A stretch of 63,989 bases of DNA, filler included, from Aduncisulcus paluster (taxonomy: Eukaryota): NCBI GenBank assembly GCA_024181965.1. It is 7 parts of 7 records of this genome, joined end to end, with 100 filler letters (N's around TTAATTAATTAA, not from the genome) between each part and the next. Parts side by side here need not be neighbours in the genome. Positions count along the whole stretch, not along the records: positions 1 to 8,373 come from BQXS01000001.1; positions 8,474 to 22,079 come from BQXS01000002.1; 5 more parts are not named here. One strand, written 5' to 3'. The first letter of the stretch is position 1; the number at the start of each line of letters is the position of its first letter. This document shows, in pieces, positions 1 through 9,807 of the stretch. A model generated the notes under the pieces. That model ran no database searches. It worked only from the letters and a program-made list of their open reading frames with translations, and was not told where the DNA came from. The translations under genes and the position numbers were made by a program.

Positions 1-377
1 CTTTGTAATATTACAGAGCGTCTAAATCTTCTCTTTTCCGGAAGTAAATCTTTTAAAATCCGCGAGGAATTGTGAATATGTAACTCGGATGTTATGTGTG
101 ATATTAATGATAGATCAAGCGTTTTAATCCACATTGTACAACAATAACAATATGTGTCATCTTTATGGACTTCTAAATCAAGGATCAATTGATTAATAGC
201 AGTTTCAATAATAGCCTCTTTTTTCAATCCTTTCATTTTGTGCTCTTTTCCATATAAATACCATACCTTTTGACCATTTCTCGCTTTTGATTCTAATAAT
301 TCTTTAAAATATTCCTTTTCTGTTTTCATTGTTGTTTCAAAAGATTGAAATTGGTTGTCAAAAATTTGAAAACCCAT
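1..377 (-). mobile_element. N-terminus of a hAT-family transposase with a BED-like zinc finger; runs off the window start
   Basis: Manual translation from ATG at 377 gives 125 open codons: MGFQIF...QKVWYLY...YCYCCTMWIKTLDLSLISHITSELH...LLPEKRRFRRSVILQ. This parallels VWQEY...CRCLKC...GHLLSRNH...LIKKRRHLRDVI of the 47363-49225 transposase. It is absent from the ORF track because no stop lies in the window. Confidence 0.7.
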
Positions 378-1740
378 TTCTAATTCTTCTTCTTGGATAT
401 TTAATTTTTCAATAAATATTTCAATTTATAAATTACCTTGTTGTTAAATTTATTATTTTATTCGCTTTATTTCACAATGTGAAAAATTATGGAAACACGT
501 TGCGGATATTATAAAACATATTATTAATAAATATTTCTAATATACTTAAATTTATTATTTATTCTTCTTCTGCTAATCCTTTTCCCTGACATTGGTGAAA
601 TTTGAAAAATACTGATTTCTCCTTGGTTGTTATAATAAAATTTTTTATTATAGCGTTTTTATTGTTTACAAGACAATTTATTACCATTAACACCTGTTTT
701 ATTAATTTATTATTATTTATTTAAGAACTTTCCAGAGATTACATATACTACTGCAGAAGATTTTGAAGACCCAGGAGATGTGAACAATTCAAATAAACAA
801 GCTATACTATACTCCATTTCCACTTGAATATCCAATAGGACTCCCGAGTTGTGTAGAACTGCCTCAAGGGTGTAATTGGAAATATGAGAAGAATGGCTTG
901 ATATATGAGTAAAAATGAATTGAACATTGGATATATGGTTTAAAGTCAAAATAATTGCAGAATATCTCTTGAGAGATCGATTTTTACGAGTTTTTCTGAC
1001 TCTACAATATATGAGGGAAGAGATTGAGAAGAATCATGACTATTAATATCTGAGTATTCTTCACCCATTATTATTTGCTCTTATTAATATTTTTCATTTG
1101 TTGTTGGGGATCCAAACATAACTTTTTTGATACTATCAACATGTAGTACATGTCACATCATCGATATTTATTGGGAATTCCAACGGCAAGGCAAGGATTT
1201 TGTATTTAGTGTTTTATAGAAAATAATATAAAAATCATTTTTTTTGAACAGGGCAACCTGGGTGTCTTTGGTATGCTAGAGGGGTAAGCTCTCATAATAT
1301 GATATTTTTTTTTGTTTAGCTTCTAATATTTTCAGAAATTAAACCGACAAAAAAAAGTAAACATCGTCGTAGAGCAATTCTAATGCCGTTTTTGAGCACA
1401 ACTCAGGAGGTCGGTATTTATTAAGGTAATATCAAAACTAAATAAAATATATATATATATATTAAGTTAAATTGCTTATTAGTTCCGGAGATATTTTGTT
1501 CTTTATTCTCATTCCAAAAAGTTGCTGATTCGAAGTGTTTGTTTTTGTACAGTACAACAAGGTTTGTAATATTTTTTTATTTATTTTATATAGTATAATA
1601 CATCTAATATATTTTTTATTTAGTTTTTCTTTGCTAAACATTGTATATCGATTCCATTGTCATGAATCAAATTGAAGGTTCAGATAACTTAGCTAATGAT
1701 TTTGAAAACCATCCAATTTGATTCCACAAGCTCATCATAA

Positions 1741-2238
1741 ATGAAATACGACTCTGATAGGTTCCACTTTTCCCATGATATCGTAACTGCTTCAAATAGA
1801 CTTTCGATCACTTTGATTGTGCATCTGACACTTACGATTGAAGGAAATGAATTGATTTTGGAGGATGATGATGTTTTTACAATGGGTTCCTCATTGATTT
1901 CTTGGACGAATTCCTCGGGAACTTTGACAGTGAGTTCTCCAGTATCAACCAACGGATCCGTCACAATAGACACTATTGAACTTAGTAGATCTGCTTTCTA
2001 CGGTCTTTCTATTGACGAATCTCTAATTATCACTGGCTTGAGTGAGAATAGTTCTGCTCTCAGCATTTCTGGAGCCATTGAATCCGATGGATCTTACTTC
2101 CGGAAGTATTCTTGGCATTTCGACACCGTAACCTTGTCTGACACTCTGACTGCAGACTCTGTTTCTATTGGCAGTGCAGCCAACACAAGTCTGTCCATCT
2201 CCACTCCTGTGATCGTAATTAAGATAAAATACCAATAA
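1741..2238 (+). CDS. Hypothetical Ser/Thr-rich protein or gene fragment
   Basis: 165-aa ORF with coding-like composition in an AT-rich background; no family recognised; may be a last exon or a remnant. Confidence 0.35.
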   Translation: MKYDSDRFHFSHDIVTASNRLSITLIVHLTLTIEGNELILEDDDVFTMGSSLISWTNSSGTLTVSSPVSTNGSVTIDTIELSRSAFYGLSIDESLIITGLSENSSALSISGAIESDGSYFRKYSWHFDTVTLSDTLTADSVSIGSAANTSLSISTPVIVIKIKYQ

Positions 2239-2523
2239 AAAAGATTAAAAAAAGACCATTAAAAATAATTTTGCTTAAATTAAGAACCTTGATGCCTCTC
2301 AGCTCACTGGAAAAATGAAACATCATCAAATAAAATTATCATCAAGTATCAGAACAAAAAAAACATTATAATAACAATGAAAACCAAGAAAAAATAAAAA
2401 TATCTTAAATTAAAAAAATAAAACTGTCTCATACAAAGACATATATACAACATCATCAAATCAAAAAATGATATTTATTTAACACTATAAAACATAGTAA
2501 AAATCCTAAAAAAAATATATTCG

Positions 2524-3014
2524 TCATAATATTATTTTATTTGTTGGTCCTTGATGTTCTGAAGAGGTTTCAGCGTCTTGTGTGTTCACTACTTGTCTGG
2601 GAATGAGCACGAAAGAATCATCATCGCGAATTCTTCTTGATGGTTGTGTGCCCATTCCCTTTGTTTTCACTGCATTCTTGATTGAATATTTAATAAAATC
2701 CAAAAGTCTTGCTGATGCTTCCAAAGCGATCGGACACCCATCAGCTTCGAGAAGAGACTTAAATTTATCTTTTAGATCTTTATAGATGTCACAGTTACTC
2801 TATCACCACCACTTGATGACTCAATAATTTCATCGATGTGTTTCTTTCCATCATCTTTGCGCCATGTAGTTGCAATATGGACAGCATCAGCAACCTTCGT
2901 TATCCCCTCCCTTTCTTGTGATTTTAGGATCTGTTCCAAAAGATCTGCGATATATTCAAGCAGTTGTCGTGATGATAACGGACGTTCAACTCGCACTTGT
3001 ACAGGCATATTCAA
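2524..3014 (-). pseudogene. Frameshifted hypothetical gene remnant
   Basis: ORFs 2772-3014 and 2524-2724 join through one frameshift near 2780 (…TVTSIK / DLKDKFKSLLEADGCPIALEASAR…). Confidence 0.3.
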
Positions 3015-3468
3015 GACAAGTTCATTTTTGATAACTCAGCAAATGCCAATACATTTCGTACGTTTATTTTTATGTTTTAAACAAATTCAAAATTATTATT
3101 TGTTAATATTCTGTTTAATTCTCCAGCCAATTAAGTTGATCCCAAAAAAATATTATAGCTTAAATGGGGATAAGTCTATTCGTCAAAAACATTTTCGTAT
3201 GTTCTATCTTACTTTTCTTCTCCCATTTTTAAGAATATAGATGGTAATATTTTTGTATATTCTAAAGGCCACGATGATGATGGCATATCATGTCTTTTTC
3301 TTAAAGGACATGCTACTGGAGCACAATTAACGGAGGAAATATTCAATTATGCAAATCGTATCATTCAAAGTGAGACTGAGTTTGTCCAGCCTGAATCAAC
3401 TTCCGAAGAGTCTGAACCCGGTTCAGTGAGGGCCTCACCCATTCTATCTGTTCAACAAGAGTTAACAG

Positions 3469-3996
3469 ATGATTTTGGACCAATGGGTGATACATATATA
3501 CCAGTCACCACAACGGCATTGTCGGATCCGGTTAAGAAACACTGTCCCATTCCAATTCCCTCTACCGAGAATAGAGGAAATCCTTGACTCTCTAGAAGGA
3601 AGAACTGTTTTTGGTATCCTTGATTTCTCAAATGGATTTCACCTCATCCCGATCGACCCTGACTGCCAACTCTTCACAGCCTTCAGAACCCCGGACGGCA
3701 TTTTTCAGTTTACTTGTATGCCCTTTGGCCTACTGAATGCCCCCGCGCATTTTCAGTACATTATGCAATCTGTATTTGGAGATTTGATGGAAGAGAAAAG
3801 ATGTGTCATATACATGGACGATATCTTGGCGTTGGTAGTTCTCTCCTTTTCTGGAGGCGGAACAACCTTTGTAGAAAAGCCTTTTCACTGCATCGCGATT
3901 GATACTATGGGACCCTTCACTCCCTCAACACATGGATACAAGTATCTGATTGTCGCAATCGATGTCTTCACCAGATTTGTAGAGCTCATCCCAACA
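3469..3996 (+). mobile_element. Ty3/Gypsy LTR retrotransposon pol remnant: RT core joined to the start of the integrase core
   Basis: PLPRIEEILDSL, LDFSNGFHLI, TAFRTPDG, MPFGLLNAPAHFQ and YMDD (3811-3822), then KPFHCIAIDTMGP…YLIVAIDVFTRFVELIPT from about 3877. RNase H and the integrase HHCC finger are missing. Confidence 0.93.
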
Positions 3997-4074
3997 AACC
4001 CTTCTGAGAATTTGGAACCCTCTATAAAACTAAGCCTTTCCAGTGCATTAGCATGGATACTATGGGTCCTTTGT

Positions 4075-4790
4075 GGCCAAAAAGAAAAGTTGTGGATTAA
4101 ATATCGAAGAAAAATGAAATTCGACAAATCCTTAAAAAAATCCATCATTCTTAAAGAAATTGAAAGAGATATCTGCTCACACATAATAAGAAATCCGTCA
4201 TCAGAACGTGCAATATTTCATTGTTCAAAGTGAAATGCTGACCTAAATTCGGAACTTTCTGTTGCATATCATTTATGTTCTGATCGTCACTATCAGTCAA
4301 CTGAAGCAACCAAAACGACAACTCAAGCAGAAGAAATGCGTAAAATTAGGAAATTTATTAAAATAATTGCAATTAGAAACTGTATTCTTACCGGTATAAG
4401 TGTACACGCACTCCCAACTATTTTAACCGAAGAATTGCAACAAGCCATCATTTCATTTGGTTATACCACTGAAATATACTATATTAGTACAGTATAGTAT
4501 AGTTCTACATGTTATTCCATTAGCCATAATCTCGCAAAAGAAAGTGCAAAAAACATTAGAAGATTATTCTTTGAGGGAGAGTTTTCAATGATCCTTGATA
4601 AAGTACAGACGAGGGGGAAAATATCCTTGCTATTATGAAACATAAGGATAATAGGACATATGCTCTGGGTTTTGTAGATTTATCTTTGATGAAAGATAAT
4701 GAATATCAAACTATACTCGAACGAGAAATTGAGTTTTCTTATGAATCGGAATCTAGACACCATCTAATCTCCGCAAAGCCTCAATCAGGT
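4075..4790 (+). pseudogene. Decayed hAT transposase, same family as 47363-49225
   Basis: Reading through stops: FHCSK*NADL..YHLCSDRH…EELQQAII…FSMILDKVQTRGK/NILAIMKH…YALGFVDL…ILEREI, colinear with CLKC..GHLLSRNH…KELQEAII…YSIILDKTTSRGKEVLAVL…FAVGWLDV…AFEREL. Two stops and one frameshift. Confidence 0.8.
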
Positions 4791-4840
4791 TCTGACCAAA
4801 GGAAAATTGCCCGGCTAGCCGGCGATTCTAATCTCGAAAT

Positions 4841-4912
4841 TGGCCGATGACGAGACTTGAACCAGGGCTTTACGTATAAGAGAACACCCACTACCACTAC
4901 ACTATATAGACC
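4841..4912 (-). pseudogene. 72-nt degenerate tRNA-like sequence (tRNA pseudogene or SINE head)
   Basis: GGTCTATATAGTGTAGTGGTAG…CCCTGGTTCAAGTCTCGTCATCGGCCA has A-box-like TAGTGTAGTGG, B-box-like GGTTCAAGTC and an acceptor stem pairing 6/7. D, anticodon and T stems do not pair, so no isotype is assigned. Confidence 0.55.
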
Positions 4913-5048
4913 AACAAAAATATTGTTTTGAAAAAATGTATAGAAAAAAAATATCTATAAATAGCTTCTATTTTTAATAAAAAAATTTGATCATGACCAT
5001 TTTCTGACCATACCTCGCCACCATGTATTATTTCCAAAAATTTCTTTA

Positions 5049-5294
5049 TGTTATATCGTTTTAATGTTATAACCTTTCCTTTTTAATACTATTTTGATTA
5101 TATACTTCTTATAATATTTTCTTTTACATATTTCGCTTCTCGAGGTTTGTCCTCCGAGGACAGCAGAGTCTGCTTGATTTTCCCTTATTTTTGTAATAAG
5201 ATATGTTTTAGGTGGTTCTAATCCCTTGATATTGTGGTCTTGCTTAGACATAGAACAATAAAACAACGTTGGGTAGTCAATCCTTACGGTAACA
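5049..5294. repeat. Candidate LTR (246 bp, TGTTA…TAACA termini)
   Basis: Canonical TG…CA ends with a 5-bp terminal inverted repeat, just 3' of the minus-strand integrase-chromodomain remnant. No partner LTR, TSD or clear adjacent PPT is visible. Confidence 0.35.
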
Positions 5295-5574
5295 CAAATT
5301 TACTTTTATCATGATTTCCGGATCATCACCGGTCCGGCCGTGCCCTGCCGCCGCCAACAATATTGACTTGTTTCTGCTTTTGTTCTCGTCATACTATCTA
5401 GATTGCTTTTTCGTGGTTTGCGAAATATGTTATTTTCCTTGTTATCAAATTTTCCAGATGTTTATTTTAATAAAACATCTTTCTGCTTTTTTTCACCTCT
5501 GATTTAATTCTTTCTTAAAATTACTTTTTACCTATGTTTAGAAGCTTTTTTCGAGTTTTTCTTTTAACTTTGGG

Positions 5575-6385
5575 TTTTCTTTAAAATATTCATCTAAGGC
5601 TTCTAACTCTTTTATATCGTGGAAGCTGGCCCATGAGTTAGCATCTTCACCATATCCAGACCATCTCAATTTGAATTTGATGGGTGTTTTTGTCCCAAAA
5701 CGGTGGGTTAGGATTCTTTCGACGAGAAACTCTTCTCCGTCGGCTTGGATTTCTTTTTAGTTTCCTCTGTTTTTGACTTATCTTCCACCATTTTTCTCAT
5801 TCTTCTTACATCCGTTTGCTTCATGGACGTATGGTAAACTCTTAACATGGGTGATTCCCAACCATTTTAACCACGTTTATGTTTCTTGACAACAGATTGT
5901 TTTCCTCCATCGCTTCTTAACTTTCTTGGGGGACCAAAAAGACCAAATATCATTGCAAGTTTGTTTCTGGCCTCGAGGGCTGTCAACGATTTTGTTGGGA
6001 TGTATCGAGTAAAATCGTCTATCATTGTTAATAAGTGTTTATATCCCTTCTCGTCCTCCTTGATTGGTCCTATACTATCTACGGAAATGCATTCCCAGAG
6101 CTCCATAGCTCTTAGTGTTCCGTAACCCTTTTCTTTCTGTTGTCTATTCTTCTGGCATAGTACTAAACAAGATGAAGAAACCGATGCGATTTATCTCCCC
6201 TAGATTCTTATGCGTTATTCCTTCTTCCTTGCAGTGTTTTTTCATTATGCTAATTCCTGCATGTCCCAGTTTTTCATGCATTTTCACAATAATATCTCTT
6301 ATATCCTCTTCTACAGTGATAGTTGCGATTTTTTCGTTTTGATTATCTGCTCTTGACAGAAAATCCGCCAATACATTTTCTTTAC
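5575..6385 (-). mobile_element. Chromovirus-type Ty3/Gypsy pol 3' remnant (RNase H end, integrase, chromodomain)
   Basis: NVLADFLSRA…MHEKLGHAG (6144-6385); LWECISVDSIGP…HLLTMIDDFTRY…FGPPRKLRSDGG (5867-6106); chromodomain EEFLVERILTHRFG…FKLRWSGY/EDANSWASFHDIKELEALDEYF (about 5580-5740, frameshifted). Confidence 0.88.
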
Positions 6386-6462
6386 AAAATCATATTTTTG
6401 GGCCATAACAAGCATGAATTCACGTAATTTCGAGCTTGACATAAAGGGGTAGTATTTGAAAA

Positions 6463-7115
6463 TTGTATGAAGCTTTCAGGATTTTACAGATTCGGACAAA
6501 ATCGAAAGGAGTGTTGGCTAAAACAGATGTAGACAAGTTTATTTCGGAAGTAGATAAATTATTTGCTTCGAAACCAATTGAAATGGTATTGGGAACCCTC
6601 CATTTCTTAAAGATGGAAGAAAAGTACTCATTCGAGGTTCTAGAGAAGCATACGGACGATTTCTTACAAGCAGCTCAGAGTTTGAAAGATAATGAATACA
6701 CTGACACAAAGGAAATCTTGATGGATGCATACCTGAAGTCTTTACGACCTTTCCCCTTTAAAAATAAGATGTGAAGGCTAGGATGGAAGGGAAGAAACTT
6801 GAACTGGATGATGTGATTAGTTTTGCTTTCGAAGAATTGGAAAGAATTGTTTCGAATTATCGGCGAAGCTTCAAGATATCAAAAGACTTTAAAGAGAAGA
6901 CATCGGGGATCATGACGTGGTCATCTGAGCGAGAATTGCTGGTCAAGACCGAACGCCTCACTAGAGGAAAAAGAGAAATTGGAGAGGTTAAAAGAAGCAA
7001 TCAAGCGAAAGAAAACACCAAGATCTTCAGCAAAAGTCATACTAATGAAAGAGGAAGAGACACCACAACCTATTATACCAGTATCGATCAACAAGAGAAC
7101 TTTCCACGCCCTGGG
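6463..7115 (+). mobile_element. Gag and start-of-protease-like remnant, opposite in orientation to the adjacent pol
   Basis: Interrupted helical Gag-like ORFs ending in PIIPVSINKRTFHAL, which resembles the lead-in to a retropepsin D(T/S)G motif; the motif itself is absent. Confidence 0.5.
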
Positions 7116-8084
7116 CTTCTGGAAAAAAAGTCGTTACATCTTTCAATCTTCTATTTGTCTTCACTTCCTTATCAGTGTATTCCTGCAAACACAATGCACT
7201 CAGTAATCTTACCGCAATTCTCTTCGCTATCTTGTCTAATTGGCCAAAGTAAATTTTAGACGTATCTAAAAACATTTCTAAATTGGCCGATGTAACAGTA
7301 GCCTCTCCAGAAATGAGAGGTGGCAATGATTTTTCGAATTTTTCTTGTTGTCCACTAAATCTCCTCTTTGTACCTTCATATATCTTGATAATATTCTTAT
7401 TCATTTTTTTTTGTTATTTCTATTTCTAATAGAAATAGAAGTAGTACTTCTTCCATTTTTATAACTGCCAAAAGATAGAATTCAATTCGTGGAGATTTAC
7501 AAAGCAGAAAATCCAATAATCATGCAATAAATTAATAAAATATTATATTTATACTTTTTTATTTGCCATTTATATTGTATCATTTCTCATGATATGAATC
7601 GGAGCAGAGTCAAGTTATGTGCATCTTTGTTTTGTTTACATCAATATATAATAAGCTGTCTCCCTGGGCCTGCGCAACCCAGGGAGGCGTAAGTCTCAAT
7701 ATTTATTGTTTTTTCTTGAATGAATCAACCTCCTTCCGTATGTATATTCTCCCGTTCAAAATACCTGCTAAATTATAATAGTAAATCTGACTCAAATGTT
7801 GCCCTCGATTTCACCCTTTAAACATGCTTTATTTAAGATTCTAATAGCGTCCGGGGCCAAATAAACCGATATAAAACATTAATTTAGGCTTAAAAGGCCC
7901 CCTTATATTTTTATGGTCATATCTGAAACTGGATGGCGATTTCCAAATCAACTTCAAAATTGATATCATTTTAATTTTTCAAAATGATATCATTTCCTAT
8001 ATCATTCTGATACTTATTTATGAACATTCTTTCTGTTATCAAACTTTCATTTCGGATATTATTTTGATTTATTATTGATATAAA

Positions 8085-8373
8085 ATGGATCTGTCGAACC
8101 CTATAGAAACAACAGTGGTACAATTTATTAGAAATGATGACGGGGCATGGTTCTATAAATAGACCATGAAAAACTCACAGGATCCTGAAAAAAAGTTTCC
8201 CTGTGATGCTACACTTGAAGAAGTACCTATCATTTTCAAAGCTTTCAATCCCTTTTTCTTCCCTTGGTCCCATGAAAGGTGTGTATTTTTGTCTTCATAA
8301 GAATTTCAGTGCGCCATCTCTGTTATTGGCCTTACCAGATCTGATGGTTCTAAAAACCACAAAATATGCAAGT
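8085..8373 (+). pseudogene. Decayed copy of the lineage-specific domain also seen at 60641-61328
   Basis: FSKLSIPFSSLGPMKGVYFCLHKNFSAPSLLL versus LSHLSIPFPSPSPMKGAYICVDEYDSSPSLLF; stop and frameshifts upstream; cut by the contig end. Confidence 0.7.
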
Positions 8374-8473
8374 NNNNNNNNNNNNNNNNNNNNNNNNNNN
8401 NNNNNNNNNNNNNNNNNTTAATTAATTAANNNNNNNNNNNNNNNNNNNNNNNNNNNNNNNNNNNNNNNNNNNN
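8374..8473. other. Artificial contig spacer (N44-TTAATTAATTAA-N44); identical spacers at 22080-22179, 27751-27850, 33201-33300, 56429-56528 and 61329-61428
   Basis: Six identical 100-bp blocks whose core has stops in all six frames. Confidence 0.99.
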
Positions 8474-8645
8474 TAATCTGTTTTAAAATTTACAAATGTA
8501 TGCACAATGTCATGACAACTTCTTGGCTCACCATACAAATTTTAGTTTCCTTTTTGATACTGATTTTGTATTGCTTTTTAGCTCTAGTTACCTAATTACA
8601 TAATATTTTTATTTGTTTCTAGGTTTCAGCACACCTTTTTTCTAA

Positions 8646-9146
8646 ATGACTGAGGAAGCGCAGAGCTCCATTGAAACGGGCGAAATTAGTCGCCTTTTTG
8701 AGTCACTTTCTGCTAGCAATATCCCCAACCTCCTAACTGATCTTGGGATCTTGGTTACTCTTGGTTCCCAAAGGAAGTACCAAGTTGGAGATATTAACTA
8801 CAATATTCCGACCAAGGATGTTGCTTTGAAAGTCCTTGTTCATATTTATGAGAAGTACCCTCTTGTTAGAGAACTCTTTGATGGTCGTATCTCGAACCTA
8901 CAAGGGATCTCCAATGGTACCTCCACCACTATTGCCTCCAATAGGAAATGCCTTTTTATGTTTATTAAATCGCTTTCTGATAAAGAGGATAAAAAATTTT
9001 CGGAGTTAGATAGCCTTGCCATGTCTACACAAACCTCTGGTGGTGAAACATCAGACATTATTATTATTATTCAATTTTTATGGCATATTGTTGATCTATA
9101 TCCAATATTGCTTTCTTTATTTGCTGTTTTTTTCGAATTCAATTGA
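8646..9146 (+). CDS. Hypothetical protein, probably truncated or decayed after about 9060
   Basis: 166-aa ORF; the first ~138 codons look coding, and the tail runs into AT-rich ATT-repeat sequence. Confidence 0.4.
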   Translation: MTEEAQSSIETGEISRLFESLSASNIPNLLTDLGILVTLGSQRKYQVGDINYNIPTKDVALKVLVHIYEKYPLVRELFDGRISNLQGISNGTSTTIASNRKCLFMFIKSLSDKEDKKFSELDSLAMSTQTSGGETSDIIIIIQFLWHIVDLYPILLSLFAVFFEFN

Positions 9147-9807
9147 ATTGAATTAAAGGTGAGCTGAACCTACTTTTCAGAATCCAGATTGTCCAAGTGT
9201 TACTTCGAATGATCCGAGATGGTCTTTAGAAAAGAAGCTCAAGGGCTTTGACATGAAACATCCATTCATTCAATTAGGAAGCCAGGTTGGAAATTTTTCG
9301 CAGTACAGGGAATTATATGAACTTCAAATGGACATAAAGTGTATTTTTCATCATTCAATTAAAAGTGATATGACAGTGGGGGCTTCAAATGGAGAATTTT
9401 CGATGTTGTGATAGATCCCAAGGAAAATTTCACCAACATGCAGGTTTTTTATATCAAATGGTTCTATATATTGACATGCCAAATGATTTTAAGAAAATCG
9501 AAAGCTCATCTCGTGACAGGAACTCCAACTTGAAAATTCATTATTTTTGCTCGCAATTGAGAAAATATTTGGATTGGTCGCTGCATTTTCAGGTATGTTA
9601 TTCCATTTCAGGAAATAATTTGCCATTTATTTTGGTTGTATATATGTTTTTCATAGCTTATTCGTATTGTTATTCCTCAATCTCATCTATCTTCCTTAAA
9701 TACCTCTCGTGACATACTTTATTGGATTATAGTCCGCTTAATTAATTTTATATTCATTATTTGAGTCCAATAATTCCGTATAATATTGATCCCTTTATAA
9801 TTCCTCA

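Noticed and set aside
1382..1740. Possible introns upstream of the 1741 ORF
   Set aside because: GT..AG pairs exist, but I could not assemble a stop-free spliced frame with confidence.
4231..4233. TGA at a conserved Cys position suggesting selenocysteine or stop-codon reassignment
   Set aside because: The same remnant has another stop and a frameshift, and intact genes end in TAA, TAG and TGA, consistent with the standard code.
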